Source of the DNA: a virus | Taxonomy: Duplodnaviria > Caudoviricetes | Virus record (IMG/VR): IMGVR_UViG_3300042937_000071 | Span: 1-61,862 of that record | DNA: 61,862 bases | Direction: 5' to 3' (one strand) | Shown here: piece by piece, positions 46,001 to 55,485 of the stretch | Position numbering within the stretch: the first letter of the stretch is position 1 | Layout of the letters: each line of letters begins with the position of its first letter | The notes under the pieces: model-generated | Databases searched by the model: none | Told to the model about the DNA's origin: nothing | The model's input: only the letters and a program-made list of their open reading frames with translations | Program-made: the position numbers and the translations under genes

Positions 46001-47160
46001 CCCGCACCATGCCTGATGTGCTAGAGCAGGCTGGAGCGAAGGACTATGACGACCTGATGGAGAAGGCGTACCGCCAACTTGCCAAAGAGACCGACGCCCA
46101 GTTCCAAGCCATGCCGTTCAACTTCTCGTTCCATCGTGGTGGCGAGGGTAACTACAGCGGCACTCGTGAACTGCTAGAGGACATCCATGGCAACCGCCAT
46201 ATGTATGTTTTCCAAGGCGGCGACAAACATGACTTTCTAAACAAGGTCGACGATGTCACTGGCCTAAACGAGAACGAGAAGTTCCGCGCAGTGCATGACG
46301 CCATGGGCCACGCCATTTACGGCAACGAGTTTGGCCCGATGGGTGAAGAGAAGGCATGGGCCATCCACCAGCAGATGTACAGCCCGCTGGCCCGTCTGGC
46401 AATGACTGCCGAGACCCGTGGACAGAATTCGCTGGTCAACTACAGCCCGCTCAATGTGAACCTCAAGGACGAGGTTGCCAAACTGCGCGAGATGCAGATC
46501 GAGGCACGCCGTCGAGGCGACCGTGACGGTGAGCGCATCGCCACCGAGGCCATCCGCGACGCCTTCAGCGGTTTCCAATTCGCGCCCCAGAAGTCAATCC
46601 TTCTGCCGCCCGAGTTCACTGATCCCAAGTACCGTGGCGGGATGCCTGACTACATCCAGCCGCTGATCACACCAGCCGAAGGCACGACCACTAAGTCGGC
46701 TCTGACGCACTTCTCGCACAACCCAAGCCTGACTCAGACCGACCCAAGCAAGTACGGCTCTGGCATCAAGGGCGCGGAGAAGGCACGCCTTGAAGGCACC
46801 GACAACCCCATCGTGCCGCGCACTTACTTTTACGCTGGTGAACCCGGCGCAGTATCACCGGAACCCGGTCTAGGAACGAATCGTTACCGAACCGAATCCG
46901 AATCGCTTTACGACATCACCGCTGACCCGCTTAGGTTCCGTCCGCTGGCGCGTGAGTCGAATCGCACCCCATACACCTCGAAGTACAACGCAGGCATGAG
47001 AGCGCCAGAGCAAGAATTGACTGACATGGAGCGCATGATTCGCGAGTACGGTTACGAGGGTTACATTAACCCACAAGCAAGCAAACCCGCCGCAGTGGTA
47101 TACACACCTAAGCAAGTGGAGCGCCGTCGTAAGGGCGGGCTTGCACAGGCGAAAGCATAA
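43060..47160 (+). CDS. Large polyvalent protein (HhH-glycosylase-like, zincin-like and ART-like modules)
   Basis: 1366 aa; module motifs described in findings; domain calls are inferred. Confidence 0.6.
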   Translation: MADYKKAGKKFAEAFAKAGQEAEAAMAAQKAAEDAPKMEAILKSKQAPATTPKGTGLPLMPRDQGMYTPGVEQKDLPRMPMVDKARAEGKSPKYTPRMQDLLDSPTARKKVNTLIEKGQDLGMTEWYGTEPLRQVAMDIGMSQKEFDTFLAQMASASQRNPVDQQNKMGSYLWHLSQTGQLPDDAFLLTNKIKKGKEAAPKGTAIELPPGYGSLAQGDIFSRGKQIAAGDIEGALPPDKKLGTFYRNYQGNLKPVTVDVNAVRGPIIERGDPRWLASKLVEKDEEGNVIATHFPRKDVESGKMSMKQAKERPGFWEAAPSGSEYAGFEDLWQRAAKRYGISPAEAQALGWYGSADVTALKTKPELYIDNLERMIRRTAEQTGENPRKVMEDVLRGKNYLKKDGGNVSKGDYQARLDAMLSKATGMAEGGSVDGYQKRLDAMLAKHMGMADGGVIDNMSPDISDSGAMNYGGEYADGGAAFKKLPMNAAGGEIKPMPWKAAGGGWAKAAKAIQKAATEAGAAKAPQTAEKDLTTVQDFHTSLMDSVRARALEAQKQMDSWEYKYKPGQYVFTEHGAKNNLPPLKILEKSRHGWNIVREDPNNPLSKKVIDPETGKAKRTPYEPGYRVRREIGDDWSEFIIPESIIKGDVEMAQGGEIKSLPWKAKQGGIAKFDGGGMAVQSPEEGLTMPSDGPSKTRLMAEILARMAKEQGKEEVASLKKPRALTDLVNRGMIAPLVGAPVDIINMGLEGVDALRDLASGKRVENRLASEKPVGGSEQLKDLMNRFNVTSGEDRPMMETGLSLVSPAGAVKGVAKTGQKATSAAGKFNTELNKSGTLSVPLTEAKTATTGTPQGAKYATKQEGPYFRVRPTAIEPGKAKGSGTRETTGLPSEGPVGQGSGETGLGLPQRYSPEEVDRIVADPNLNEPLRIAQQYTKENLGTDFVAPDIPSSSLAKQSAIARTHELALTDSPEYKDAVFGAYARTMPDVLEQAGAKDYDDLMEKAYRQLAKETDAQFQAMPFNFSFHRGGEGNYSGTRELLEDIHGNRHMYVFQGGDKHDFLNKVDDVTGLNENEKFRAVHDAMGHAIYGNEFGPMGEEKAWAIHQQMYSPLARLAMTAETRGQNSLVNYSPLNVNLKDEVAKLREMQIEARRRGDRDGERIATEAIRDAFSGFQFAPQKSILLPPEFTDPKYRGGMPDYIQPLITPAEGTTTKSALTHFSHNPSLTQTDPSKYGSGIKGAEKARLEGTDNPIVPRTYFYAGEPGAVSPEPGLGTNRYRTESESLYDITADPLRFRPLARESNRTPYTSKYNAGMRAPEQELTDMERMIREYGYEGYINPQASKPAAVVYTPKQVERRRKGGLAQAKA

Positions 47161-47169
47161 GGAGAAACC

Positions 47170-49677
47170 ATGGCAACACAGATGCCCATCGACCCAGAAT
47201 TTGACCGCTTCATTGAAGGCTTGAAAGACACGCCCGAGGGAGGTCTTGAGGTCGAACTGCCTCCCGAAGACGCCAATGTCGAGGAGATGCCCGACGGCTC
47301 CGCTGTGGTAACCATGGAAGAGTTCAACGGCCCCAGCGAGAACGAAGACTTTTACGGCAACATGGCCGAGAACTATGACTTCTTTGAACTAGACAAGATT
47401 GCCCTGCGCTACATCGACTTGGTGGGCAAGGACAAAGAGGCCCGCAAGGAGCGTGACAAGCAGTACGAAGAGGGTTTGAAGCGCACTGGTTTGGGTAACG
47501 ACGCGCCCGGCGGAGCGCAGTTTATGGGCGCCAGCAAGGTTGTCCACCCCATCATGGCCGAGGCTTGCGTGGACTTTGCCTCTCGTGCAATGAAGGAGAT
47601 GTTTCCGCCTGATGGCCCAACCCGCACCAAGATTCTGGGCGAGGTCACCGAAGAGAAGACCGAGGTAGCCGAGCGCAAGCGCGACTACATGAACTGGCAG
47701 TTGACCGAGCAGATCGAGGAGTTCCGCGACGAGCAAGAGCAACTCCTGACCCAGTTGCCGTTGGGTGGTTCACAGTTCCTGAAACTCTGGTACGACGAGC
47801 AGAAAAAGCGCCCATGCGCTGAGTTTGTGCCTATCGACAACATCCTCCTGCCGTTTGCCGCAACCAACTTCTATACGGCCCAGCGTGCGACCGAAAAGCA
47901 AGAGATCACCGACTGGGAATTCAAAACTCGCATCAGCCGTGGCCTGTACCGCGATGTCTCCTTTATCCGAGCCACCGCAGAGCCTGAGCAAAGCGCCGCA
48001 GAGAAGGCCAACGAGAAGATCGAGGGTAAGCAATACCAAGACGGTTCTGACGGCCTGCGCACCGTTTTTCATATCTACACATGGCTGACGCTTGACGACG
48101 ACCAGTACAGCAAGGGCGAGAACGCGCCCTACATCTTGATGATCGATGAACTCGACAACAAGGTTCTTGGCCTATACCGGAACTGGGAAGAGGGCGACAC
48201 CACGATGACCAAACTGGATTGGATCATCGAGTACAAGTTCATCCCGTGGCGCGGCGCTTATGCTATCGGCTTGCCCCACCTGATCGGTGGTCTGTCTGCC
48301 GCGCTGACGGGTGCCTTACGCGCTCTCTTGGATACCGCACACATCAACAACAGCGCGACCATGCTCAAGATCAAGGGCGCCAAGATCAGCGGCCAGTCGC
48401 AGAATGTGGAGGTCACGCAGGTCACCGAGATCGAGGGTGCGCCGGGTGTGGACGATGTCCGCAAGATTGCTATGCCGATGCCGTTCAATCCGCCTTCGCC
48501 CGTCCTCATGGAATTGTTGGGTTGGATTACCAACGCCGCAAAAGGCGTGGTCACTACTGCCGAGGAAAAGATTGCCGATGTGAAGTCTGGCACACCTGTG
48601 GGCACAACGCAGGCTCTGATCGAGCAAGGCGCCGCAGTGTTCTCCAGCATTCACGCCCGCCTGCATGACAGCCAAGGCCGTCTGCTCAAGGTTCTGGGCC
48701 GCATCAACCGCTGGTATTTGGACGAGCAACGCAAGGGTGACATCGTCGCCGAGTTGCCTATCCGCCGCGATGACTTCAAACGCAACAGCGATGTGGTGCC
48801 TGTCAGCGATCCGCACATTTTCAGCGAGACCCAGCGTATCGCCCAGATGCAGGCCGTGATGCAGATGGCTCAAGCCTATCCGCAGATTTTTGACCAGCGT
48901 GCTGTAGTGGGCCGGATGCTCAAGCAGTTGAAGGTGCCCAATGTCAACGAACTGATCCCAAACGCGACAAAACCTGCCGAGATGAATGCCGCAGACGAGA
49001 ACAGCGCCATGGCTCTGGGACGCCCTGCGTTTGCATACCCTCGCCAAGACCAATTAGCGCACCTACAGTCGCATTTAAACTTCGCCCTAGACCCTATGCT
49101 AGGGTCGAACCCGTTGATCGCTCCAAAGTACATTCCGCAGGTTTTGGAGCATATCAAGCAACACATGATGCTCTGGTACACCAGCCAGATGTCTGGATAT
49201 GTGCAGGGCGGCTCGAATGCCAACTTCGACAAGTACGAAGACAACAAATTGGTCAAAGAGATCGACAAAGCCATTGCGCTGGCCTCAGACCATGTCAAGA
49301 TGGACACACAAGAAGTATTTCAAGGCGTCATGCCCGCACTGCAACAACTCCAGCAAGTCATGCAACAGTTCAAGCCACCAGCACCGCCTATGGACGGCGA
49401 GGCTCAGGCTGTGTTGCAAGCCTCTCTGGCCGAGACCCAACGCCGTGCGGCACGCGATCAAGCCGACATCCAACTCGATGGCGCTCGTCTGCAACAAGAC
49501 CAGCAAAACAAAGAATTGGATCGTCAGGTCAAGATTGCCATGAACGCCGAGAACAACCTTACGCAGGAGCGCATCAAGACCGCCGAATTGACGGTCGACG
49601 AGGCGAAACTGCAAAAAGAGCAGACGGAAACTGCAATCAAACTTAACGAAGCAACTCAACGCAACCTAGGAGGTTAA
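47170..49677 (+). CDS. Portal protein
   Basis: 835 aa; VVHPIMAEA, YMNWQL, PVGTTQALIEQG; Q-rich coiled C-terminus; position. Confidence 0.88.
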   Translation: MATQMPIDPEFDRFIEGLKDTPEGGLEVELPPEDANVEEMPDGSAVVTMEEFNGPSENEDFYGNMAENYDFFELDKIALRYIDLVGKDKEARKERDKQYEEGLKRTGLGNDAPGGAQFMGASKVVHPIMAEACVDFASRAMKEMFPPDGPTRTKILGEVTEEKTEVAERKRDYMNWQLTEQIEEFRDEQEQLLTQLPLGGSQFLKLWYDEQKKRPCAEFVPIDNILLPFAATNFYTAQRATEKQEITDWEFKTRISRGLYRDVSFIRATAEPEQSAAEKANEKIEGKQYQDGSDGLRTVFHIYTWLTLDDDQYSKGENAPYILMIDELDNKVLGLYRNWEEGDTTMTKLDWIIEYKFIPWRGAYAIGLPHLIGGLSAALTGALRALLDTAHINNSATMLKIKGAKISGQSQNVEVTQVTEIEGAPGVDDVRKIAMPMPFNPPSPVLMELLGWITNAAKGVVTTAEEKIADVKSGTPVGTTQALIEQGAAVFSSIHARLHDSQGRLLKVLGRINRWYLDEQRKGDIVAELPIRRDDFKRNSDVVPVSDPHIFSETQRIAQMQAVMQMAQAYPQIFDQRAVVGRMLKQLKVPNVNELIPNATKPAEMNAADENSAMALGRPAFAYPRQDQLAHLQSHLNFALDPMLGSNPLIAPKYIPQVLEHIKQHMMLWYTSQMSGYVQGGSNANFDKYEDNKLVKEIDKAIALASDHVKMDTQEVFQGVMPALQQLQQVMQQFKPPAPPMDGEAQAVLQASLAETQRRAARDQADIQLDGARLQQDQQNKELDRQVKIAMNAENNLTQERIKTAELTVDEAKLQKEQTETAIKLNEATQRNLGG

Positions 49678-49679
49678 TC

Positions 49680-49859
49680 ATGTCAGTAACTTTGAAAGAT
49701 GAGCAGTCTGAAGCCGTTCGCCAACAGCACCGCAATGCCACTGGCGCATGGATCAATGGAAGTCAATTGAAAGAGGAATCAAAAGCGACCCAGCCAAAAG
49801 CCAACAGCGACCATGGGAATTTCTCCCAAAACAAGGGCGTGGACAAGAAAAACGCATGA
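49680..49859 (+). CDS. Small hypothetical protein, 59 aa
   Basis: Translated by hand; AGGAGG RBS. Confidence 0.65.
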   Translation: MSVTLKDEQSEAVRQQHRNATGAWINGSQLKEESKATQPKANSDHGNFSQNKGVDKKNA

Positions 49860-50041
49860 GGTATGTATCCGACTTCATTGGCGCTGTAAAAGCGCGTAGA
49901 GCCGAGATTAGCGAGTCGATTGGCGCAGGCAACTGCGTCAATTTTGAGTCGTATCAAAGGCTGGTCGGTCAACTTCAGGGCCTTGAAGAAGCCCTTGTAA
50001 TCCTTAACAACCTATTGAAGGAAGAAGAAGATGACAACTAA
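49856..50041 (+). CDS. Small head-region protein
   Basis: ATGA overlap; YQRLVGQLQGL motif. Confidence 0.7.
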   Translation: MRYVSDFIGAVKARRAEISESIGAGNCVNFESYQRLVGQLQGLEEALVILNNLLKEEEDDN

Positions 50042-50456
50042 ACCGGAAGCGGGTAATGCCGCTGACATCGCTTGGGCATTTCCGAGCGTCGACCCCGGTG
50101 CCAAGCCCCTTGGTGGGCGAGTTTTGGTGCAACTGCGCCGCACAAAGAAAACTGTGACGAGTGCCGGGATTATTTTGGTCGAAGAGACCAAGGAAGCCGA
50201 GAAGTGGAACAACATGGTGGCCCGTGTCGTAGAGAACGGCCCGCTTGCGTTCAAGAAGAGGGACTCGATGGAGCCATGGCCGGAAGGCTCTTGGTGTGAA
50301 CCGGGCGACTTTATCCGCGTACCCAAGTGGGGCGGAGATCGCTGGGAAGTCGAGGTGGGTGATGACGAGGAAAAAGCCTTGTTCATGATCCTCAATGACC
50401 ACGAAATTATCGCCAGAGTTACTGGTGATCCACTTCTAATGAGGGCATTCGTATGA
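50031..50456 (+). CDS. GroES-like co-chaperonin
   Basis: PLGGRVLV, TSAGIIL mobile loop, ILNDHEIIA. Confidence 0.8.
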   Translation: MTTKPEAGNAADIAWAFPSVDPGAKPLGGRVLVQLRRTKKTVTSAGIILVEETKEAEKWNNMVARVVENGPLAFKKRDSMEPWPEGSWCEPGDFIRVPKWGGDRWEVEVGDDEEKALFMILNDHEIIARVTGDPLLMRAFV

Positions 50457-51460
50457 GTACAGACACGCAAGACAAAGAGCAGGTCGAAGTCATTGGAATT
50501 CAGGAGGAAAAAGACGGTTCCGCGACTATTGAACTACCTGCAAGTATCCCTTCTCCCGAGGCTGGTGAGGCTTCTGGGGCAGAAGACCACGATGTTGGCT
50601 CTGATGAGGACGATGAGGCCGCTAGACAGCGCGAAATGGCTGTTGGTGGTGAAGTCGACCCTGATGCGGAGCGTCTAAGGGAGCAAAAGCGTCAAAAACG
50701 CCGCGCCCGCAAGGACTATCACAAGCAAGTTGCCGCTGAAAAGGATGTCAAGTTGACCCTTTTAGAGCGTCAGAACCAAGAATTGCTTGAAAGACTGTCT
50801 GTTTTGGAGAAAAAGTCGCACGGTAGCGATATTGCACGCCTAAACAAGGCGCTGGAAGATCAGCACGCACGCATTTTGTTCGCCAAACAGAAAATTGCTG
50901 AGGCAACCTCTACCGGAAACGGTGAATTGCTCACCTCTGCGCAAGAAATGTGGTTTGAGGCCCGCCGTCAGTTTGAGGCGCTTGAGTCAATCAAGAAAAA
51001 GGCCGTCGCACCGCAAAAACAGCGCACCATTCAAGCACCCGATCCGCAACTTCAGCGGTTTGCCAATGCATGGATGAGCAACAACGGCTGGTACGACCCT
51101 CAAGGCAAAGACCCTGACTCAAAAGTCGCTTTGGCAATTGACCAAGCAATGGGCGAAGAAGGCTGGAATCCCAAGACAGCAGATTATTGGGAAGAACTTG
51201 ACAATCGCTTGCAAAAATATTTACCACACCGTTATACTGGTGAAACCGATGAGAAACCGATTCGGAACTCTAGACCGAGGAGCGCTGTGACTGGATCAGG
51301 CCGCGAGAATGCGTCAAGTAGTGGGGGTAGAAACACCTTCACGCTATCACCCGAACAGGTGAGAGCAATGAAAGACGCAGGAATGTGGGATGACGCAGAT
51401 AAGCGGGCAAAAATGATTCGTCGTTATGCCCTTGAAGCACGCAACAGTAACCAACGGTAA
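50453..51460 (+). CDS. Putative capsid scaffolding protein
   Basis: Acidic N-terminus, coiled coil; upstream of capsid gene. Confidence 0.65.
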   Translation: MSTDTQDKEQVEVIGIQEEKDGSATIELPASIPSPEAGEASGAEDHDVGSDEDDEAARQREMAVGGEVDPDAERLREQKRQKRRARKDYHKQVAAEKDVKLTLLERQNQELLERLSVLEKKSHGSDIARLNKALEDQHARILFAKQKIAEATSTGNGELLTSAQEMWFEARRQFEALESIKKKAVAPQKQRTIQAPDPQLQRFANAWMSNNGWYDPQGKDPDSKVALAIDQAMGEEGWNPKTADYWEELDNRLQKYLPHRYTGETDEKPIRNSRPRSAVTGSGRENASSSGGRNTFTLSPEQVRAMKDAGMWDDADKRAKMIRRYALEARNSNQR

Positions 51461-51472
51461 AGGAGTAGGAAA

Positions 51473-52012
51473 ATGGATTCTCGTTTAAAAAAATCATTGT
51501 CAGCAGGTGGACGCGAAAATCGCGCGAGTCTTGATAAAAGTCGAGAGGCACCTGAAGACAGTTTCGTGTCAGCCGATGAGCGTCGCAAGGCGTGGAAGGA
51601 TGAATGGACACAAAGAGCATTGCCAGAAGTTCCGGAGATACCCGGTTGGCATTTGTGCTGGTTGTCGACAACCAATAGTTACGACAGTATTGATAAGCGT
51701 ATTCGATTGGGCTATGTGCCTGTGAAAGCAGACGAAGTGCCCGGGTTCGAAAGTAATCGCGTAAAGTCTGGCGAACACACTGGTTTTGTGGCGTGTAATG
51801 AGATGCACTTGTACAAAATTCCTATGGATGTGTACCAAGAAGTAATGGCTCATTTTCACCACGAGGCACCGCTTGAGGAGGCGAATAAAATTCGTGTCCA
51901 AGCAGAGCAGGTTGCTGGTCGAGACAGTAAAGGCCGACAGTTGGGACAAATCGAAGGTGACGGTCTGGACAACATTGACAAACCGATCCCTGCACCCGCA
52001 TTCCAAGGGTAA
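51473..52012 (+). CDS. Conserved head-region hypothetical protein
   Basis: AAGGAG RBS; IPGWHLCWL...LGYVPV. Confidence 0.75.
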   Translation: MDSRLKKSLSAGGRENRASLDKSREAPEDSFVSADERRKAWKDEWTQRALPEVPEIPGWHLCWLSTTNSYDSIDKRIRLGYVPVKADEVPGFESNRVKSGEHTGFVACNEMHLYKIPMDVYQEVMAHFHHEAPLEEANKIRVQAEQVAGRDSKGRQLGQIEGDGLDNIDKPIPAPAFQG

Positions 52013-52042
52013 TGGGAGTTTAACTAAACAAGGAGTAAGACT

Positions 52043-52615
52043 ATGTCTGCAACTAACGCTCCGTTCGGTATGCGCCCTGCGTTCCATCCATCTGGTCTGG
52101 ATCGCGCTCAAGCGCTTGCCAACGGTATTGTGTCGGCGTATTCGTCCGACATTTTGAAGGGTCAACCCGTCAAGTATGTTACTGGTGGAACTATTGAAGT
52201 AGCCGCCGCTGGTGACCGTTTTGCTGGCGCTTTCGCTGGCGTTGAATGGACTGACACCACTGGTCGTCGTCGCGTATCAAACTACTGGCCTGCATCTACT
52301 GCATACCAAACTGGTTCTTGCGTGGCTTATTTCTACAACGATCCTTTGATCGTTTATGAAATTCAGGCTGATGGTTCTTTGACCCAAGCCTCTATTGGCG
52401 ATCAAGCCGATTTGAGCAACACCACTGCTGGTTCTTCGACTACTGGTCTGTCGCAAGCAACTCTGTCCACCACTTTGGCTGGTGCAGGTGCAAGCGCTCA
52501 GATGCGTATCGTTGACTTGGCTCCGTACCCCGACAATGCTTGGGGCGATGCGTACACGATTGTTCGCGCAACCATTAACGAGGCGCAGTTCCAAGCGTCC
52601 GTTAACGCCATTTAA
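52043..52615 (+). CDS. Putative capsid decoration protein
   Basis: APFGMRP N-terminus, beta-rich, immediately before capsid gene. Confidence 0.6.
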   Translation: MSATNAPFGMRPAFHPSGLDRAQALANGIVSAYSSDILKGQPVKYVTGGTIEVAAAGDRFAGAFAGVEWTDTTGRRRVSNYWPASTAYQTGSCVAYFYNDPLIVYEIQADGSLTQASIGDQADLSNTTAGSSTTGLSQATLSTTLAGAGASAQMRIVDLAPYPDNAWGDAYTIVRATINEAQFQASVNAI

Positions 52616-52629
52616 GAAGGGGGTAGATC

Positions 52630-53544
52630 ATGGCCGCTCCGATGCGAAGTACCGACTTTCGGTCGATTGTTGAACCCATTCTGAATGAGTGCTTTGATGG
52701 TGTATACGATCAGCGTACTGATGAATGGTCTCGGGTTTTTACCGAGCAAGAAGGCATTCCTCGTAATTACCACGAGGAACCTGTTTTGTATGGCTTTGGT
52801 GCCGCACCTCAACTTCCTGATGGCACTCCTGTGTCCTATCAGCAAGGTGGCGTGTTGTTCCTCAAGCGCTATGTCTACAATGTGTATGGCCTCGCCTTCG
52901 CATTGACCAAAGTGCTTGTGGAAGACGGTGACCATATCCGTATTGGTCAGGTGTATGCCCGTCACTTGGCTCAGTCTTTGATTGAGACCAAAGAAACTCT
53001 CAGCGCCAATGTGCTGAACCGTGCGTTCAACTCCGCTTATCCCGGTGGTGACGGCGTTCAGTTAAACAGCGCAAGCCATCCTATCGTTAACGGTACTTTC
53101 AGCAACTTGCTGTCGACCGCCGCGAACCTCAGCCAAACCTCTCTTGAGCAGATGCTGATCCAGATTCGTCAGGCTGTGGACAACAACGGCAAGAAGATTC
53201 GTTTGGTTCCACGCCAATTGGTCGTGGCTCCCGGCAATGTCTTCCAAGCCGAAGTGTTGCTCAAGTCCGTTCTGCGTGCTGGCAATGCCAACAACGACAT
53301 CAACCCAATCAAGTCTATCGGCTTGCTTGACGAAGGTGCCGCTGTTCTGTCGCGTTTGACTTCAGCCACCGCATGGTGGGTGCAGACTGATGCTCCAGAA
53401 GGCATGAAGTTGCTCATGCGCCGCAAACTTGAGAAGACCATGGAAGGCGACTTCGAAACTGACTCTATGCGCTACAAAGCGACTGAGCGTTACGATGTTG
53501 GCTTTACTGATCCCCGTGCCATGTATGGCACGCCGGGTGTTTAA
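52630..53544 (+). CDS. Major capsid protein
   Basis: 304 aa; GGDGVQLNSASHP, PRQLVVAP, YKATERYDVGFTDPR. Confidence 0.88.
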   Translation: MAAPMRSTDFRSIVEPILNECFDGVYDQRTDEWSRVFTEQEGIPRNYHEEPVLYGFGAAPQLPDGTPVSYQQGGVLFLKRYVYNVYGLAFALTKVLVEDGDHIRIGQVYARHLAQSLIETKETLSANVLNRAFNSAYPGGDGVQLNSASHPIVNGTFSNLLSTAANLSQTSLEQMLIQIRQAVDNNGKKIRLVPRQLVVAPGNVFQAEVLLKSVLRAGNANNDINPIKSIGLLDEGAAVLSRLTSATAWWVQTDAPEGMKLLMRRKLEKTMEGDFETDSMRYKATERYDVGFTDPRAMYGTPGV

Positions 53545-53553
53545 TCATGGATA

Positions 53554-53571
53554 GGGGGCCTCGTGCCCCCC
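53554..53571 (+). terminator. Hairpin/possible terminator after capsid gene
   Basis: GGGGGC-CTCGT-GCCCCC; weak U tract. Confidence 0.5.
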
Positions 53572-53590
53572 GTCTTCTTAGGAGAATGCA

Positions 53591-54283
53591 ATGGCAAATT
53601 TATTAGTAACTCGTTTCCCAAATGGTGTTACCAATGTGGGTGAGGATTCGCCGTTTGCTGATCTGGCAATGCCTGCTCCAACCTTGTTTCATACTTACTA
53701 TGAAGATTTCGACTACTATGTGGCCGCAAATTGGACGGTAACTGAGACTCAGGCTGGTGCTACTCAGGCTTTGACTGATGGCGACGGTGGTCTGCTTCTG
53801 CTTACCAACACTGCCGCAGATGATGATCTTGTTGCTTTGCAAAAAGTAGGCGAGTCATATCGCTTTGCTTCTGGCAAAAAACTGTTCTTTGAAGCACGCT
53901 TCAAGGTCAGTGACGCGACTCAGTCTGATGTGGTGATGGGTCTTCAGATCACAGACGCTACCCCCCTTGATGTAACGGATGGTGTTTTCTTCATTAAGGC
54001 CGATGGCTCTACTTCGGTAAGCCTATTGGTCGAGAAGAACGGCACAGCAACTACGACCTCCAGCGTGGCTACTATGGCTAACGATACTTTCGTTCGGCTT
54101 GGTTTCTTCTACGATGGTGCGTCTGCAATTGAGTATTCCGTAAATGGCGTGACCAAAGGAACCTCAGTGACCACCAACCTGCCTGATGACGAAGACATGA
54201 CTGTTTCGTTTGCGATCCAGAATGGTGAAGCCGTCGCCAAGACAATGACTGTTGATTACATCTTCGTTGCGAAGGAGCGTTAA
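53591..54283 (+). CDS. Putative virion protein, beta-sandwich
   Basis: TRFPNGVTN N-terminus; follows capsid gene; AGGAG RBS. Confidence 0.75.
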   Translation: MANLLVTRFPNGVTNVGEDSPFADLAMPAPTLFHTYYEDFDYYVAANWTVTETQAGATQALTDGDGGLLLLTNTAADDDLVALQKVGESYRFASGKKLFFEARFKVSDATQSDVVMGLQITDATPLDVTDGVFFIKADGSTSVSLLVEKNGTATTTSSVATMANDTFVRLGFFYDGASAIEYSVNGVTKGTSVTTNLPDDEDMTVSFAIQNGEAVAKTMTVDYIFVAKER

Positions 54284-54285
54284 TC

Positions 54286-55479
54286 ATGGGTCAATTTAAA
54301 CCAATGGTCAAGATGATGACCACCGAACCTTCAGTTGAGTTGAAACTGAAGAAAGGTGGCTCCGTCAAATCGATGACCAAAATGAAGTCCGGTGGCACTG
54401 GCTCCGGTCACAAGAAGATGGCTGACGGTGGTGGCGCGATGAGCGCAATCATGGGCACGCCTGCTCTGGTTGGCCGTCCTGCTGTCAACGCCCCTGTACG
54501 CACTCCCGGTAAGCCCTCTATGTCCGCTCGTCGCAAGGCGATGGCACCGAAGGCTAAGATGCCCGCAACCCCAATGATGAAGAAGGGTGGCGAGACTGAG
54601 AAGGAACACAAGGCTGAGATGACGAAGATGAAGGGTCTTGAAAAAGAACTGAAGTCTCACGAGTCCAAGCCTGCCAGCAAAGGCCATAAAGGTCTGAAGT
54701 CAGGCGGTATGGCCTGCGCTACTGGCGGTGTTACCAACGGTCAAGGTGGCTACAAAAAGGGTGGCAATGTCAAGAAGTACGCCAAAGGCGGACTGACTGG
54801 CAACGGCATCATCAATACCGAAAATCAAGGTGGCAAATATCGCGACACTTTGATGCACACCGCTGAATACACTACCAAAACTAGTGGAAAAACTGGCGGC
54901 GTGAAAAAAGGTAACGGTGGTGGCTATGCCACTGGCGGCGTCGCGCTAGGTAATGCTGGTGGCTACAAAAAAGGTGGCTCACCAAAAAAAGCCTACGCGG
55001 CGGGGGGTACTGTTGATTCAGGTCGTCCCGTCGCGATGCCCCAAGGCCGTAAGAAGCCTTCCACTCCTGTAAGCATCAACCAACTATCTGGCACCTTCAA
55101 GTCCGGCGGCAAGGTAACCCCTGCTCAAGGACGCTTGCAGAAGATGTTCGCTAAGGAAAACGCCCCGGCCATGAAAGCGGCCAAGGCACAATCCAACGAG
55201 GTCTACAGCAAGTATCAGAAAATGGCAAAAGGCGGTGAAGTTGAGGCAATGGAGCAACAAGCATCTAAGATGGCACAAGGAGAAAGTGGAATTCTTAGAA
55301 AGTTAAGGGAGCAATATCCTAACGATCAAGTCCATGATCTTTTGTATCGATTTCCAAAAGGATACAAGTTGCCAAAAGGTGTTGATGAGGCTCTAAAAGG
55401 GTTGGGATCAGTCACAGAAACTGAAAAGTCTGTAACAGTCTCACCAGCAGGAAAAAAACGCGGCGGACGCGCTTGTTGA
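54286..55479 (+). CDS. Basic xxxGG-repeat protein, allele B
   Basis: Homologous to 325-1494. Confidence 0.85.
   Translation: MGQFKPMVKMMTTEPSVELKLKKGGSVKSMTKMKSGGTGSGHKKMADGGGAMSAIMGTPALVGRPAVNAPVRTPGKPSMSARRKAMAPKAKMPATPMMKKGGETEKEHKAEMTKMKGLEKELKSHESKPASKGHKGLKSGGMACATGGVTNGQGGYKKGGNVKKYAKGGLTGNGIINTENQGGKYRDTLMHTAEYTTKTSGKTGGVKKGNGGGYATGGVALGNAGGYKKGGSPKKAYAAGGTVDSGRPVAMPQGRKKPSTPVSINQLSGTFKSGGKVTPAQGRLQKMFAKENAPAMKAAKAQSNEVYSKYQKMAKGGEVEAMEQQASKMAQGESGILRKLREQYPNDQVHDLLYRFPKGYKLPKGVDEALKGLGSVTETEKSVTVSPAGKKRGGRAC
54984..55035 (+). promoter_or_regulatory. Putative -1 frameshift signal, allele B
   Basis: A_AAA_AAA plus stem CGCGGCGGG / CCCGTCGCG (one G-U pair). Confidence 0.7.
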
Positions 55480-55485
55480 AAATGA

